DNA of 64,000 bases from an uncultured Gemmatimonadales bacterium (GCA_963825055.1 CAWGSK010000013.1:64001-128000); one strand, 5' to 3'; counted from the first letter of the stretch, positions 21,313-31,803 are shown. Translations and numbers: made by a program. Notes: generated from the letters alone by a model not told the origin.

Positions 21313-22136
21313 GCGTTCGACATCTGCTCCAGGTTCCCGGGCACGGTCAATCGCCAGACGGGCACGGCGGCGGCGAGCCCCCCGACCAGGTCGTGCCAGG
21401 CCGGGGTGGGCTCGGACTCCAGCCAGGAGAGGAATCCAGCATCAACCATGCCGGGGAGACGTGCAACCCCGCGCAGGGCTTCACACTGGACCTTCGAGCC
21501 CCTCTGGAGCAGGAACAGGCCGCGGAGGAGGCCCGGTTCCCCGGCCGGGAGGTCGTACCATCCCCGGCCGTCGGGAAGGACGAGCCTGGGCGACCAGTCC
21601 TGCGGGGCGAGCTCGGGGGGAACCCGCAGCGACCCCGGCAGAGGCAGGATCCCCGCTTTTCCGTCCAGGGCAAGGAGGTCATCCCCCCGGACAGGCCAGC
21701 CGTGTCTCGTGGCCAGCCCCGCGAGGGAGGACTTCCCACGCCCGGACGGGCCGGCGATCGCCACTGTCCCTCCCGGGGTTTCGAGCCCAGCCGCATGGAG
21801 CGGGTAGCATCCAGCGGTGGCGATGGTGAACGCCGTCAGCGGCCCGGTGAGCCGGGTCAGGTGCGCCGGCGAATGTGGATCATGGCCGGGGTCAATACTG
21901 AACCGGAGTCCGCCATCGAGACGGACCTGGTATCCGCACCCGTCCGGGTACCGCAGACCCCATCCATCCGGAAGGCGCCAGACCGCGGAGCGCCCCTGCG
22001 GCGTATCCGCATGGCGAACCGCCCGAGGATCCGGTGCGACGGCAGAACGCTCGATGATCGGAAGGGGGAGCCCAAGCGCCGCGGAAAGCGCGCACCACGC
22101 CGCCGACGGATCGGGCGGCGACGGGGCGAGAGGCAC
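21270..22136 (-). CDS. HPr-kinase-like lasso peptide kinase
   Basis: PLHAAG, Walker A GPSGRGKS, GDDLLAL; immediately downstream of the precursor. Confidence 0.8.
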   Translation of the reverse strand: MPLAPSPPDPSAAWCALSAALGLPLPIIERSAVAPDPRAVRHADTPQGRSAVWRLPDGWGLRYPDGCGYQVRLDGGLRFSIDPGHDPHSPAHLTRLTGPLTAFTIATAGCYPLHAAGLETPGGTVAIAGPSGRGKSSLAGLATRHGWPVRGDDLLALDGKAGILPLPGSLRVPPELAPQDWSPRLVLPDGRGWYDLPAGEPGLLRGLFLLQRGSKVQCEALRGVARLPGMVDAGFLSWLESEPTPAWHDLVGGLAAAVPVWRLTVPGNLEQMSNAWEEIARCLAAAAH

Positions 22137-22144
22137 GGAGGAAA

Positions 22145-22291
22145 TCAGCTGCCGAACGCTCCGTCGCTCACGTTGAGCCCGGCCCCACGGGTCAGGTCCT
22201 GGACCCGGCCCAGCGTTTCGAGCCGGGGGGGCTCGAACTCACGGCGGGGTTCGGGACGTTTGCTGTCAGGAGGACGGGACGTGTCTGTCAT
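22145..22291 (-). CDS. Lasso peptide precursor, 48 aa; predicted core GAGLNVSDGAFGS
   Basis: SD GGTGAGG before ATG; leader FEPPRLETLGRVQDLT fits (Y/F)xxPxLxxxGxxxxxT; Thr at -2; core G1...D8. Confidence 0.85.
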   Translation of the reverse strand: MTDTSRPPDSKRPEPRREFEPPRLETLGRVQDLTRGAGLNVSDGAFGS

Positions 22292-23696
22292 GGGCGACCT
22301 CACCAGGGGAATGGTGCACTTCCACGAAGTGTAGTATGCCGAGTCCACTCCATTGGGTCAAGAAATCGTCGTGCAGGTCAGCCGGCGTGATCCGCCGCGG
22401 AAGCCACGGGATCTCCAGCTGTTCCTGCAGCCGTTCCCAGTCATCCACCATCGCCTGCGCCTCGGACATCACCCGCTCCCTGATCCAGAGGGAAAGATCC
22501 GCCTTGTCCACCCGACGGACAACCGGCGAGGGTAGGTGCGGTGCGACGGCCTCGCGGAGCAGGGCGCGTGGGAGCCAGCGCGAACCTACCCGAGGACACC
22601 GGAACCCGGCGACGGCTTCGATGACCCCTCGATCCAGCATCGGCAGGGCGAGCTCGAGGCCCGCCCGGCGAACGGTGGCCGCGGCCATCCGGGTCCGCCA
22701 CGCCAGACGGGGATCAGCAAGCGTGTGACGGAGCGCCGCGTGCCGCCAGCTCCCCGCAGAGGCGGCGGCCCCTCCGTCGAGCCCGAGCCGGGACGGCCGC
22801 ATCGCGCTCAGGACACCCCGGCCGAGCGTGCGGAGTGCGCCGGCCCGCCGGCGGGCGAGACGGGCCCGGAGCGCGACGGCCGTACCGGCCAGGATCCGGC
22901 CACTCCTGAACAGGTCCACCTCCAGGCCCCGTTCCGCGAACACCTCATCGCCCCCGACACCCCACGCCATGCCCTGGCACCCCGCGCGCCGGGCCAGCGC
23001 GCCGGTGGCGGCGTGCACGGCCTCCATGGCGTCCACCAGGGGCGAATCTCCCCGGGCCATGGCTGCTGCGGACGCCGGCCAGAGCAGCAGCCCGGCGGCA
23101 TTCACGGTTGCGAGTTCAAGGCCGAGGTGCGCGGCGACGGCGTCCTGCCACTCGGACTCGTCGCAAGCCAGGCCGGGAAATCGTGCCGAGACGAGCAACG
23201 GAAGCGGCGCGGCCTCACGCCTCGCGGCCTCCGCCGCCGCGGCCGCGAGCGCTGACGAATCCAGGCCGCCGCTCAGTGAAACGGCCATCCGGCCCGTCGC
23301 AATCACGTGCCGCTGCATCGCCCCCACGAGCGCCTCCCATACCGATTCCGTTGCATCGCCGGGAACGGGAACGGACCACCACGTCATCGGGGAGCCGTGG
23401 GGCTGGCATTCACGCCCGCCTGGGACACAGGTCACGTCGCGGAAGGGGGACAGCCCGGTGAAGCGTAACGCGGCGAGATCCTCGAGCACGTCGAGGTCGG
23501 GAACGGCGCATGGGGTGAGTCGCGCGAGTCGTGCCGGGTCGAGCGCCAGATGGAGGTGGGGGCCGATGCTGCGCAGGCATGCGAGGGGATATACCGGGGC
23601 GGAACGCACGACCGGCCCCAGGGAACCATCGAGCCATCCGGGGTCCGCGCCTGACGCGAGCCCGGGGTCGTGGAGAACGATCCGGGCGGAGGTCAA
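22266..23696 (-). CDS. Asparagine-synthetase-like lasso cyclase (C protein)
   Basis: SLSGGLDSS PP-loop, GVGGDEVF, PMLDR, LLREAV..LP..VVRR.DK; degenerate N-terminal amidotransferase part; TTG overlaps the RRE stop. Confidence 0.85.
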   Translation of the reverse strand: MTSARIVLHDPGLASGADPGWLDGSLGPVVRSAPVYPLACLRSIGPHLHLALDPARLARLTPCAVPDLDVLEDLAALRFTGLSPFRDVTCVPGGRECQPHGSPMTWWSVPVPGDATESVWEALVGAMQRHVIATGRMAVSLSGGLDSSALAAAAAEAARREAAPLPLLVSARFPGLACDESEWQDAVAAHLGLELATVNAAGLLLWPASAAAMARGDSPLVDAMEAVHAATGALARRAGCQGMAWGVGGDEVFAERGLEVDLFRSGRILAGTAVALRARLARRRAGALRTLGRGVLSAMRPSRLGLDGGAAASAGSWRHAALRHTLADPRLAWRTRMAAATVRRAGLELALPMLDRGVIEAVAGFRCPRVGSRWLPRALLREAVAPHLPSPVVRRVDKADLSLWIRERVMSEAQAMVDDWERLQEQLEIPWLPRRITPADLHDDFLTQWSGLGILHFVEVHHSPGEVAHDRHVPSS

Positions 23697-23983
23697 CGGG
23701 GCGCCGCCCGGTGGAGAAGCCCCTGCTCCACCAGGCTACGGACAATGCCGGTCAGCATCTCCCAGCGGGCGTGGCCGTCGACCGGCCACGCCGCCAGGCC
23801 CCGGTCCACCTCGCCCAGGTCCTCGCCACGCGCGAGCGCGGCCCAGACTTCTGCGCCGGACCGGTTCAGGCTGTAGTAGGTCCCGGCATCGAGATCGAGG
23901 AGGACCAGCTCGTCGTCCAGTTCCCGGCTGCGCACCGCGGGAGCCGGCACGAACCGGTCCCCGCGCGCAAGGGGTTCCGGCAT
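23693..23983 (-). CDS. PqqD-family RiPP recognition element (lasso B1)
   Basis: SRELDDELVLLDLDAGTYYSLNRSGAEVW, 96 aa. Confidence 0.9.
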   Translation of the reverse strand: MPEPLARGDRFVPAPAVRSRELDDELVLLDLDAGTYYSLNRSGAEVWAALARGEDLGEVDRGLAAWPVDGHARWEMLTGIVRSLVEQGLLHRAAPR

Positions 23984-23987
23984 GATG

Positions 23988-25490
23988 TCAGGGAATCTGG
24001 CCGGTGACGTCCCAGATCATCAAGGCCGGGCTGGAGGGATTCTTCGCGCCGAACACATACACCCGCCCCCCGATGTACCCGAAGGTGGCCGTGTGAATCC
24101 CTGTCGGGACCATGTAGGACGTGATCCGCGTCGGGCGGAGCGGATCGGCCAGGTCATACAGGTAGATCCCCGAGCCGGTGCCGTTTTCACCGCTGAAGAG
24201 CAGCATCCGGCCATCACGCGACACCTCGACATCGCTGATGGTGATGATGCCGGAGGTGAGGATCGAGTCCGCAAGGGTCGGCGCGCCGGTGGCATCCAGC
24301 TGCCAGATCTTGAGTGCGTTGCCCGAATTCGATGGCCCGCCCGACGCGCGCAGTCTCCAGGTCCCCGTGTAGGCCACTCCGCCGTGCACCCAGAGGTCGG
24401 ACGTGAACCGCTCGGGCACGTTGCCACCGCCAGCCACCCTGGAGAGCACCCCGCCGTTCGACGACAGCTGGTAGAGTCCGTTCAGCATGTCCGTGGCGTA
24501 GACCGAGCCGTTGTATTCCTGCACGCCCCAGACGTAGGTGCTGTCAGGATTCGGGGGGAAAAAGCTCAGTACCCTGCTGTTCAGGCTCCCACTCAGGACG
24601 CCGGAGATATCCAGCGCGAGCACCCCGCCATTGTAGTAGGCGGCATAGAGGATTTCCGCCTGCTCGTCCACCCAGAAGTTGTGCGTGCCGAATCCGCTGC
24701 GATGGAACGTCGCGACCTGGACCGGCTTCCGCAGGTCGGTCACGTCCAGGACGAAAATGTCACCCGACGCCGCGGTACCGATGACGCCCGGACCCTCCTG
24801 TCCGAGGAAGAGGTACTTCTTCTCCCCGGTGTTGGGATTGTGGAACCACCACGAATTGTGCACCGCGCCGCCGCTCACCCCGACCGTACCCGCGAGCACG
24901 GGGGTCGAGGGACTTCCGCCCACGATACCGTTGCCGACGTCGTAGATCCGCATGCCGCTGTTCCACGCGCTCACGAACGCGAGGCCATCGCGCACGAAGG
25001 TGTCGTGGATGCCGTAGTTGGGCGGGATGGCGACCTGTGCGACAAGGACAGGCCCGGTGGTCCCCACCGACGTGACCGTGAAGCTCACGGCGGTCATGGT
25101 GGCATCGGTATTCGCCAGCGACGGCGCGCTCGCCTGGACCTTGCTGGTCAGGGTTCCCGTGCCAAGGCGCACCGTCATGTATGCCTTCCCGTCGGCCCCG
25201 GTGCTGGACTGGCTCGAGTCGACCGTCGCGTTCCCCGAGGTCACGCTCCACTGGACCGGTACACCGGCGAGCGGCGTGCCGGAGGTGTCGCGCGCCAGTG
25301 CGGCCAGCGGGGTGGGAAGCACTGCTGCTTCCGGACCCTTCTGGTGGTTTCCTCCTCCGATCGACAGCACCTGGCCGCTTCCGGCCGGGGACGGCGGTTG
25401 CGAGGGGTCGTTCGGGCCGGTGGCTGGTGCATCCGACCTGCACGCGGTGACAACCCCGAGCAGGACGAGCGGAAGGAAGGCATGTCGCAT
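23988..25490 (-). CDS. Lipoprotein with Ig-like domain and LVIVD-type beta-propeller repeats
   Basis: Lipobox VTAC; GGNHQ Ig-like segment; repeated MRIYDV/IFVLDV/VLALDI/IYLYDL motifs. Confidence 0.8.
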   Translation of the reverse strand: MRHAFLPLVLLGVVTACRSDAPATGPNDPSQPPSPAGSGQVLSIGGGNHQKGPEAAVLPTPLAALARDTSGTPLAGVPVQWSVTSGNATVDSSQSSTGADGKAYMTVRLGTGTLTSKVQASAPSLANTDATMTAVSFTVTSVGTTGPVLVAQVAIPPNYGIHDTFVRDGLAFVSAWNSGMRIYDVGNGIVGGSPSTPVLAGTVGVSGGAVHNSWWFHNPNTGEKKYLFLGQEGPGVIGTAASGDIFVLDVTDLRKPVQVATFHRSGFGTHNFWVDEQAEILYAAYYNGGVLALDISGVLSGSLNSRVLSFFPPNPDSTYVWGVQEYNGSVYATDMLNGLYQLSSNGGVLSRVAGGGNVPERFTSDLWVHGGVAYTGTWRLRASGGPSNSGNALKIWQLDATGAPTLADSILTSGIITISDVEVSRDGRMLLFSGENGTGSGIYLYDLADPLRPTRITSYMVPTGIHTATFGYIGGRVYVFGAKNPSSPALMIWDVTGQIP

Positions 25491-25509
25491 TCGTGGCACG
25501 GAAGCCCCG

Positions 25510-26754
25510 TCAGTGGTGAGTCGGTGAGGGCGAGAGCAGGCCGTAACGACCCATGCGGTGCATCGGGCCGCCGGCGGTCAGGCGGACGCCAAGCGTGAGC
25601 GCCTCGAACGACTCCCGGCCATACAGCCCCTCAACCGTAAAGACGCCGCCCCCGACCTTCCGTGCACGCCCGAGGGAGACCTCGCCGAACGGCTCCGCCG
25701 CGAGCCAGGACAGCGGTTCGAAACGAAAGCCATAGCCGACCGTGTGGATGGTCCACCGGCTGGTCCCGAGAATGGAGTTCTCCCGGTGGGGGCGGAGCGA
25801 GCGGAACAGGTCGGCGGTCCGCTCCTCCTCGGGACGCGAGGTACGCTCAAACCGGTACCAGGCCTGGTGCCGGCCCGGGCTCACCGCCGCCTCGACCAGC
25901 ACCGTGTGAAAGACGAAGAAGCCGTTGAGCTCCGAGTTGCGGGCCCACTCGGCCATGGCGTACACCGGCACGCCGAGCGCCGGACCCTTCCAGCGCCCCG
26001 AGAGGCTCCACTTGCCCTGGGTGCTGCCCGCCCCCGGGCGATGCTCGGGAGACTTCACCTCCGCGTGCGATCCCTGCAGCTCCAGGCCCGTGACCGGTTG
26101 CACCAGCAGCCTGGCGGACCAGGAGTCCCCGAATCGCTCCAAGCTGGGCCATTGCCCGGGCCGCTCCGGTTCATCGCCGTTGAACAGCCCCGCCTCGAGC
26201 GACAGCGGTCCCAGGCCGACGGCCGCAATCGCGACCGCACGCTCCAGAATCTGGCTCCAGTGGTGGTTCACCGGATACCGGAGCACGGGGCGGTTCATCG
26301 GGTCGTCCGTCCCGTACGGCGCGAACCCTTTCCCCACCGTAACGGAAGTGTGGAAGGGGCCCTGGCGGTTGCCGAACGGGTCCACGAGGCTCGCCAGCAG
26401 TTCGTGCACGTAGGTGTGCGGGTGGCGGCGGTCGACGAATCCCTCGCCCCAGATGCCGGGATCGAGCTCGCCGCCGGGCATGGTCCAGCCCTCGGCGTTC
26501 CCGGTGGCGGTGAAGCGGAGCCGCCCCCCGAGGACCCCGGCGTGCAGCATGAGGACGGGCTGCACGACCCTGATCTCGTCCAGCGCGCGGCCACCGGGTA
26601 TCGGATTGACCCGGGTCCAGGACGGCACGGCCTGGGCCCGCACGCGAAACCAGGCGTCAGGCGCCTGGGCGCTCGCCGGAGGCGACGTCAGGACCAGGGC
26701 CAGAAGTGCGACTGGCAGGCCGGCCGGGTGGGGGCGCGGCAGGAGGGGGGGCAT
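25510..26754 (-). CDS. Hypothetical outer-membrane beta-barrel protein
   Basis: Signal peptide (ASAQ); amphipathic strands; His-rich DRRHPHTYVHE and VNHHWSQ. Confidence 0.65.
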   Translation of the reverse strand: MPPLLPRPHPAGLPVALLALVLTSPPASAQAPDAWFRVRAQAVPSWTRVNPIPGGRALDEIRVVQPVLMLHAGVLGGRLRFTATGNAEGWTMPGGELDPGIWGEGFVDRRHPHTYVHELLASLVDPFGNRQGPFHTSVTVGKGFAPYGTDDPMNRPVLRYPVNHHWSQILERAVAIAAVGLGPLSLEAGLFNGDEPERPGQWPSLERFGDSWSARLLVQPVTGLELQGSHAEVKSPEHRPGAGSTQGKWSLSGRWKGPALGVPVYAMAEWARNSELNGFFVFHTVLVEAAVSPGRHQAWYRFERTSRPEEERTADLFRSLRPHRENSILGTSRWTIHTVGYGFRFEPLSWLAAEPFGEVSLGRARKVGGGVFTVEGLYGRESFEALTLGVRLTAGGPMHRMGRYGLLSPSPTHH

Positions 26755-26830
26755 CGTGACTCCGGAGTCCGGGAGGGGCGACATTCCCTCGTTCGGACGC
26801 CGCGCCGGCCCCGGGTTGCACAGGGCGACG

Positions 26831-27577
26831 TTACCTGGTGGTCACCGACGCCTTGAGGTAGTCCCGGTTCATCCGCGCGATGACGTCCAGCGGGATCACT
26901 TTCGGACAGGCCGCTGTGCATTCACCATGGTTGGTGCATCCGCCGAAATGTTCCAGGTCCATCCGGGTGATCATCTCCAGGGCACGCCGGTCCCGCTCCG
27001 CCTGGCCGTGGGGCAGCCGGCCGAGGTGCGAGATCTTGGCGCCGGTGAAGAGCATCGCGGAGGCGTTGGGGCAAGCGGCCACGCAGGCACCGCAGCCGAT
27101 GCAGGCCGCGGCGTCCATCGCCTCCTCGGCCACGTCCTTGGGCACCGGGATGGTGTTGGCGTCCGGGGCCGACCCGGTGGAGATGCTGACATAGCCGCCG
27201 GCCTCGATGATCCGGTCCAGCGCGCTCCGGTTCACGACCAGGTCCCGGACGACCGGGAAGGCGCGCGCCCGCCACGGCTCGATGACGATCCGGTCGCCGT
27301 CCCTGAAGCTTCGCATGTGCAGCTGGCAGGTTGCGGTGCCGGGCATCGGGCCATGGGCCATGCCGTTGATCATCATGCCGCAGGAGCCGCAGATCCCCTC
27401 GCGGCAATCGTGGTCGAACGCAATGGGCTCCTCGCCACGCTCGATCAGCCCCTCGTTCACGACGTCGAGCATCTCGAGGAATGACATCTCGGGACTGATG
27501 TCAGTGGCCTCGTACGTGACCATGCGGCCCTGGTCGCCCGGGCCGGCCTGTCGCCAGACGTGCAGCGTGAGCTTCAT
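26831..27577 (-). CDS. sdhB: Succinate dehydrogenase/fumarate reductase iron-sulfur subunit
   Basis: [33 protein letters not shown]. Confidence 0.96.
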   Translation of the reverse strand: MKLTLHVWRQAGPGDQGRMVTYEATDISPEMSFLEMLDVVNEGLIERGEEPIAFDHDCREGICGSCGMMINGMAHGPMPGTATCQLHMRSFRDGDRIVIEPWRARAFPVVRDLVVNRSALDRIIEAGGYVSISTGSAPDANTIPVPKDVAEEAMDAAACIGCGACVAACPNASAMLFTGAKISHLGRLPHGQAERDRRALEMITRMDLEHFGGCTNHGECTAACPKVIPLDVIARMNRDYLKASVTTR

Positions 27578-27586
27578 GCGTCCGCC

Positions 27587-29500
27587 CTACTTGTAGCTGC
27601 GCTGGGCGAGGGGCACGTACTCGAAGTCGAGCGGCTCCTTTTCCAGCATCGGTTCGCGGTCGTCGCCCTGGTACATCCAGGCGGCGACGTAGGAAAACTC
27701 GTCGTCCTTCCGTTTGGCCTCCCCGTCGGGAGTCTGGCTCTCGACGCGGAAGTGGCCACCGGCCGACTCGGTCCGGTGCAGCGCGTCCCGGCACATCAAC
27801 TCGCCCAGTTCGAGGAAGTCCGCGACCCGCCCGGCCTTCTCCAGCGACTGGTTGAGGGTCTCGCCACTCCCGAGCACTCGCACGTCGCGCCAGAACTCGG
27901 CGCGGAGGGCCGGGATCTTCTCGAGCGCGGTCCGGAGGCCCGCCTCCGAGCGCGCCATGCCGCAGTACTCCCACATGACGTGCCCGAGTTCGCGGTGGAA
28001 GGCGTCCACCGTCCGGGAGCCGTTGACGTCGAGCAGGCGGTGGACGCGGCCCTCGACGTCCCGCACCGCAGCCGCCGCGGCGTCAGTCTCGGGCCCCAGG
28101 TTGTCCGGCCGGTGCGCAGCGAGGAAGTTGCCGATGGTGTACGGCAGGATGAAGTAGCCGTCGGCCAGTCCCTGCATGAGGGCGCTGGCGCCGAGCCGGT
28201 TGGCGCCGTGGTCGGAGAAGTTTGCCTCGCCGATCACGAACAGGCCGGGAATGGTGCTCTGGAGGTTGTAGTCGACCCAGAGCCCGCCCATGGTGTAGTG
28301 CACCGCGGGGTAGATCCGCATGGGCACTGCGTAGGGGTTTTCCGCGGTGATCCGCTCGTACATCTCGAACAGGTTGCCGTAGCGCTCGGCGATCACGTCG
28401 CGGCCGACCCGGCGGATCGCGTCGCCGAAGTCGAGGTACACGCCCCGCCCGGTCTCCCCCACCCCGCGCCCCTCGTCGCAGACTTCCTTCGCCGCGCGCG
28501 ACGCGATGTCCCGCGGCGCGAGGTTCCCGAAGCTGGGGTACTTCCGCTCCAGGTAGTAATCGCGGTCGGACTCCGGGATGGCGGTGGGCGGACGGTGATC
28601 GTCTGCGCGCTTCGGCACCCAGACCCGGCCGTCGTTCCGGAGCGACTCGCTCATCAGCGTCAGCTTCGACTGGTATTCGCCGGACACCGGGATGCAGGTG
28701 GGATGGATCTGGGTGTAGCACGGGTTCGCGAAGGCGGCGCCGCGCTTGTAGGCGCGCCAGATGGCCGTGGCGTTGCTGCCCTTGGCGTTGGTCGAGAGGT
28801 AGAAGACGTTGCCGTAGCCGCCGGTGCCCAGCACCACGGCGTCGGCCATGTGCACGTCCACCGCCCCCGTCACCAGATTCCGCGTGACAATGCCGCGCGC
28901 CCGGCCGTCCACCACGACCAGGTCCAGCATCTCCGTGCGGGGGAACATCGTCACCTTGCCCGCCCGGATCTGGCGTTCCAGCGCCTGGTAGGCGCCCAGC
29001 AGGAGCTGCTGGCCCGTCTGCCCGCGCGCGTAGAACGTGCGGGAAACCTGGGCGCCGCCGAAGGACCGGTTGGCCAGGGTCCCACCGTACTCGCGGGCGA
29101 ACGGCACGCCCTGCGCCACGCACTGGTCGATGATGTTGACGCTGACCTGGGCGAGACGGTACACGTTGGCCTCACGGCTCCGGAAATCCCCCCCCTTCAC
29201 CGTGTCGTAGAACAGGCGGTAGATGCTGTCCCCGTCGTTCTGGTAGTTCTTGGCGGCGTTGATCCCGCCCTGGGCCGCAATGCTGTGGGCGCGACGGGGG
29301 GAGTCCTGGAAGCAGAAGCACTTGACGTTGTAGCCCAGCTCCCCGAGCGTGGCGGCGGCGGACCCGCCCGCCAGCCCGGACCCGACCATGATCACGGTGT
29401 ATTTCCGCTTGTTCGCCGGGTTCACCAGCTTCATGTCGAAGCGGTGCTGGTCCCACTTCTCCTGGATCGGGCCTGCGGGAACGTTGCTCTTCAGTGCCAT
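27587..29500 (-). CDS. sdhA: Succinate dehydrogenase/fumarate reductase flavoprotein subunit
   Basis: [38 protein letters not shown]. Confidence 0.96.
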   Translation of the reverse strand: MALKSNVPAGPIQEKWDQHRFDMKLVNPANKRKYTVIMVGSGLAGGSAAATLGELGYNVKCFCFQDSPRRAHSIAAQGGINAAKNYQNDGDSIYRLFYDTVKGGDFRSREANVYRLAQVSVNIIDQCVAQGVPFAREYGGTLANRSFGGAQVSRTFYARGQTGQQLLLGAYQALERQIRAGKVTMFPRTEMLDLVVVDGRARGIVTRNLVTGAVDVHMADAVVLGTGGYGNVFYLSTNAKGSNATAIWRAYKRGAAFANPCYTQIHPTCIPVSGEYQSKLTLMSESLRNDGRVWVPKRADDHRPPTAIPESDRDYYLERKYPSFGNLAPRDIASRAAKEVCDEGRGVGETGRGVYLDFGDAIRRVGRDVIAERYGNLFEMYERITAENPYAVPMRIYPAVHYTMGGLWVDYNLQSTIPGLFVIGEANFSDHGANRLGASALMQGLADGYFILPYTIGNFLAAHRPDNLGPETDAAAAAVRDVEGRVHRLLDVNGSRTVDAFHRELGHVMWEYCGMARSEAGLRTALEKIPALRAEFWRDVRVLGSGETLNQSLEKAGRVADFLELGELMCRDALHRTESAGGHFRVESQTPDGEAKRKDDEFSYVAAWMYQGDDREPMLEKEPLDFEYVPLAQRSYK

Positions 29501-29538
29501 GGATCAGCAGCCTCTCTGCGACAACCGGCCGTCCGGCA

Positions 29539-30204
29539 TCACTGGACGACCCCGAGCCAGACGGCGATGGGTATGCTCATGAACGCGAGCCCGATCAGCA
29601 GCCCGACCACCAGCGCGAGGGGGCGGCGCACCGCGTTCCAGCGCGGATGGTTGAGCCCCAGGGTCTGGAACCCGCTCCAGATACCGTGGATGAGGTGGAG
29701 GGTGAGCGCGGCCATGGCCAGGATGTAGAACAACGCCACCCACCAGACCTGGAGCCCGGTCACGAGGTTCCGGTAGACGGTGTGAACGTCGAAGTCCGGC
29801 CAGGTGGGGTGCAGGACGCCGACAGTGAAATGGAGGATATGGTAGATGATGAAGACGAAGAGGAGGATGCCGCCGTACCGCATGGTGCGGGAGGCGAAGG
29901 TCGATCGCTCCGGCTCCCACTCGCGGTAGCTCCGCCCGCGGGCGCGCCGGTTGAGGGCAATCAGCCGGAAGGCGCTGTCGGCGTGGAGGATCACCGCCAC
30001 GAGCAGGATCGCCCGCACAGACCAGACCAGCAGCGGCGCACTCTTGAGCAACGCCGCATACCCGTCCATGGCCTCCGCCCCGCCGTACACCAGCATGTTG
30101 CCCGCCACGTGAACCACCAGGTACCCGAGCAGGATAATCCCGGTCACGGCCATCACGATCTTCTTGCCGATCGTGGATCGGTAGAACCGGGTCACCCAGC
30201 GCAT
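29539..30204 (-). CDS. sdhC: Succinate dehydrogenase cytochrome b subunit
   Basis: STIGKKIVMAVTG, heme-ligand His residues in TM helices, HGIWSGFQTLG. Confidence 0.93.
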   Translation of the reverse strand: MRWVTRFYRSTIGKKIVMAVTGIILLGYLVVHVAGNMLVYGGAEAMDGYAALLKSAPLLVWSVRAILLVAVILHADSAFRLIALNRRARGRSYREWEPERSTFASRTMRYGGILLFVFIIYHILHFTVGVLHPTWPDFDVHTVYRNLVTGLQVWWVALFYILAMAALTLHLIHGIWSGFQTLGLNHPRWNAVRRPLALVVGLLIGLAFMSIPIAVWLGVVQ

Positions 30205-30207
30205 GGC

Positions 30208-31137
30208 TCAGGCCCCCATGGCCTGCATCGTCTCGCGCACCGCATCGGCGGACTGGCGGAGCGCGGTCCGTTCCTCCTCCGTCAGTTCCACCTCGATCAC
30301 CTGCTCGAGCCCGGCGCGGCCCAGCTTGCACGGCACCCCGCAGAAAACCCCGTCCAGCCCGTACTCCCCGGTGAGCCACGCGGCGCAGGGCAGGATCCGC
30401 TTCTTGTCCAGCGCGATCGCCTCCACCATCTGCACCGCCGCGGCGCTCGGTGCGTAGTAGGCCGACCCGGTCTTGAGCAGGCCCACGATCTCGGCCCCGC
30501 CCTTGCGGGTCCGGTCGACGATGGCGTCGAGCCGGTCCTGGTCGATCAGCTGGGTGACGGGAATGCCACTCACCGTGGTGTAACTGATCAGCGGCACCAT
30601 CGTGTCCCCGTGCCCGCCCAGCACCATCGCCTGGATGTCCTCCACCGAGACGCCGATCGCCTCCGCGAGGAAGCTCCGGTAGCGGGCAGTGTCCAGGACG
30701 CCGGCCATCCCGATCACCCGCTCGCGGGGAAAGCCGGAGGCCTGCATGGCCACGTAGCACATCACGTCGAGCGGGTTGGACACCATGATGATGATCGACG
30801 CCGGCGCCACGCGCGCGATTTCCTTCGCCACGCTCGAGACGATACCGGCGTTCGTCTTGACCAGGTCGTCCCGGCTCATCCCCGGCTTGCGGGCGATGCC
30901 GGCCGTCACCACGAAGACGTCGCTGTCCCGGGCCTCGTCGTAGGCGTTGGACCCGACCAGGCTGGTATCGAAACCCTCGATGGGGGCCGACTCCCACTGG
31001 TCGAGCCCCTTGCCCTGGGGCACACCCTCCACGACATCCACCATGACCACGGTCCGTGCGAGCGACTTTTCGGCCAGCCGCTGCGCCACGGTGGCGCCCA
31101 CGTTCCCGGCTCCGACTACGGTCACCTTGTTCAGCAT
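30208..31137 (-). CDS. mdh: Malate dehydrogenase (LDH-like)
   Basis: [35 protein letters not shown]. Confidence 0.96.
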   Translation of the reverse strand: MLNKVTVVGAGNVGATVAQRLAEKSLARTVVMVDVVEGVPQGKGLDQWESAPIEGFDTSLVGSNAYDEARDSDVFVVTAGIARKPGMSRDDLVKTNAGIVSSVAKEIARVAPASIIIMVSNPLDVMCYVAMQASGFPRERVIGMAGVLDTARYRSFLAEAIGVSVEDIQAMVLGGHGDTMVPLISYTTVSGIPVTQLIDQDRLDAIVDRTRKGGAEIVGLLKTGSAYYAPSAAAVQMVEAIALDKKRILPCAAWLTGEYGLDGVFCGVPCKLGRAGLEQVIEVELTEEERTALRQSADAVRETMQAMGA

Positions 31138-31200
31138 GCCCCGGCTCTCACTGTCAGGTAAGGAAGGACGGCTGCCGGGACGGGCCCGGCGGGGCGGAAG

Positions 31201-31683
31201 TTAACCGGGTCGGGTTGAGCGGGCCAAGTTGGCCAGCGCGCCCGTGGCGCGCAGCGCTTCGTACAGCACGATGCCCGCCGCAGTCGCGAGGTTGAGACTC
31301 CGGATGTTGCCGTTCATCGGGATGGTGAAACAGCGCTCGGGGTACTTGTCCAGGATCCGGGGCGGCATGCCCTCCGTCTCGCTTCCAAGGACCAGGCAGC
31401 CATTCGGCTGCCACGGCGCCTCGAGATAACTCCGCGTCGCGTTGGCCGAGAAGTAGAGGCAGCGCTCGGGCGCCATGACATGCCGGAATTCCCGCCAGTG
31501 GCGGTGCACCCACAGGTCCACGTGGCGCCAGTAGTCGAGCCCCGCGCGCTTCAGGTCCGCGTCCTCAAGGGTGAATCCGAGCGGCTCGATGAGGTGCAGG
31601 CTGGTCCCGGTCGCCGCACAGAGCCGGGCGATGTTGCCGGTGTTGGGAGGGATCCGGGGCTCGATGAGGGCGAGGTGGGGCAT
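31201..31683 (-). CDS. trmL: tRNA (cytidine/uridine34-2'-O)-methyltransferase
   Basis: PRIPPNTGNIARLCA, LKRAGLDYW, RSLNLA. Confidence 0.95.
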   Translation of the reverse strand: MPHLALIEPRIPPNTGNIARLCAATGTSLHLIEPLGFTLEDADLKRAGLDYWRHVDLWVHRHWREFRHVMAPERCLYFSANATRSYLEAPWQPNGCLVLGSETEGMPPRILDKYPERCFTIPMNGNIRSLNLATAAGIVLYEALRATGALANLARSTRPG

Positions 31684-31686
31684 GCC

Positions 31687-31775
31687 GGGAATCGTGAATC
31701 GGGAGGTAGTGGAATAGGGAATCGGCCGTGCAATGCGTAAGGTAATCCCCAGCTCACGACCCCCGATACCCGATC
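31687..31775. repeat. Degenerate bipartite heptamer repeat element
   Basis: Left arm GGGAATC/GTGAATC...GGGAATC; right arm CCCAGCT CACGACC CCCGATA CCCGATC. Confidence 0.6.
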
Positions 31776-31803
31776 AACGCAGGGACGATCGGCCGGCGGG
31801 TCG

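Noticed and set aside
23693..23983. PQQ biosynthesis locus
   Set aside because: No pqqB, pqqC or pqqE; the PqqD-like gene sits with a lasso cyclase and precursor.
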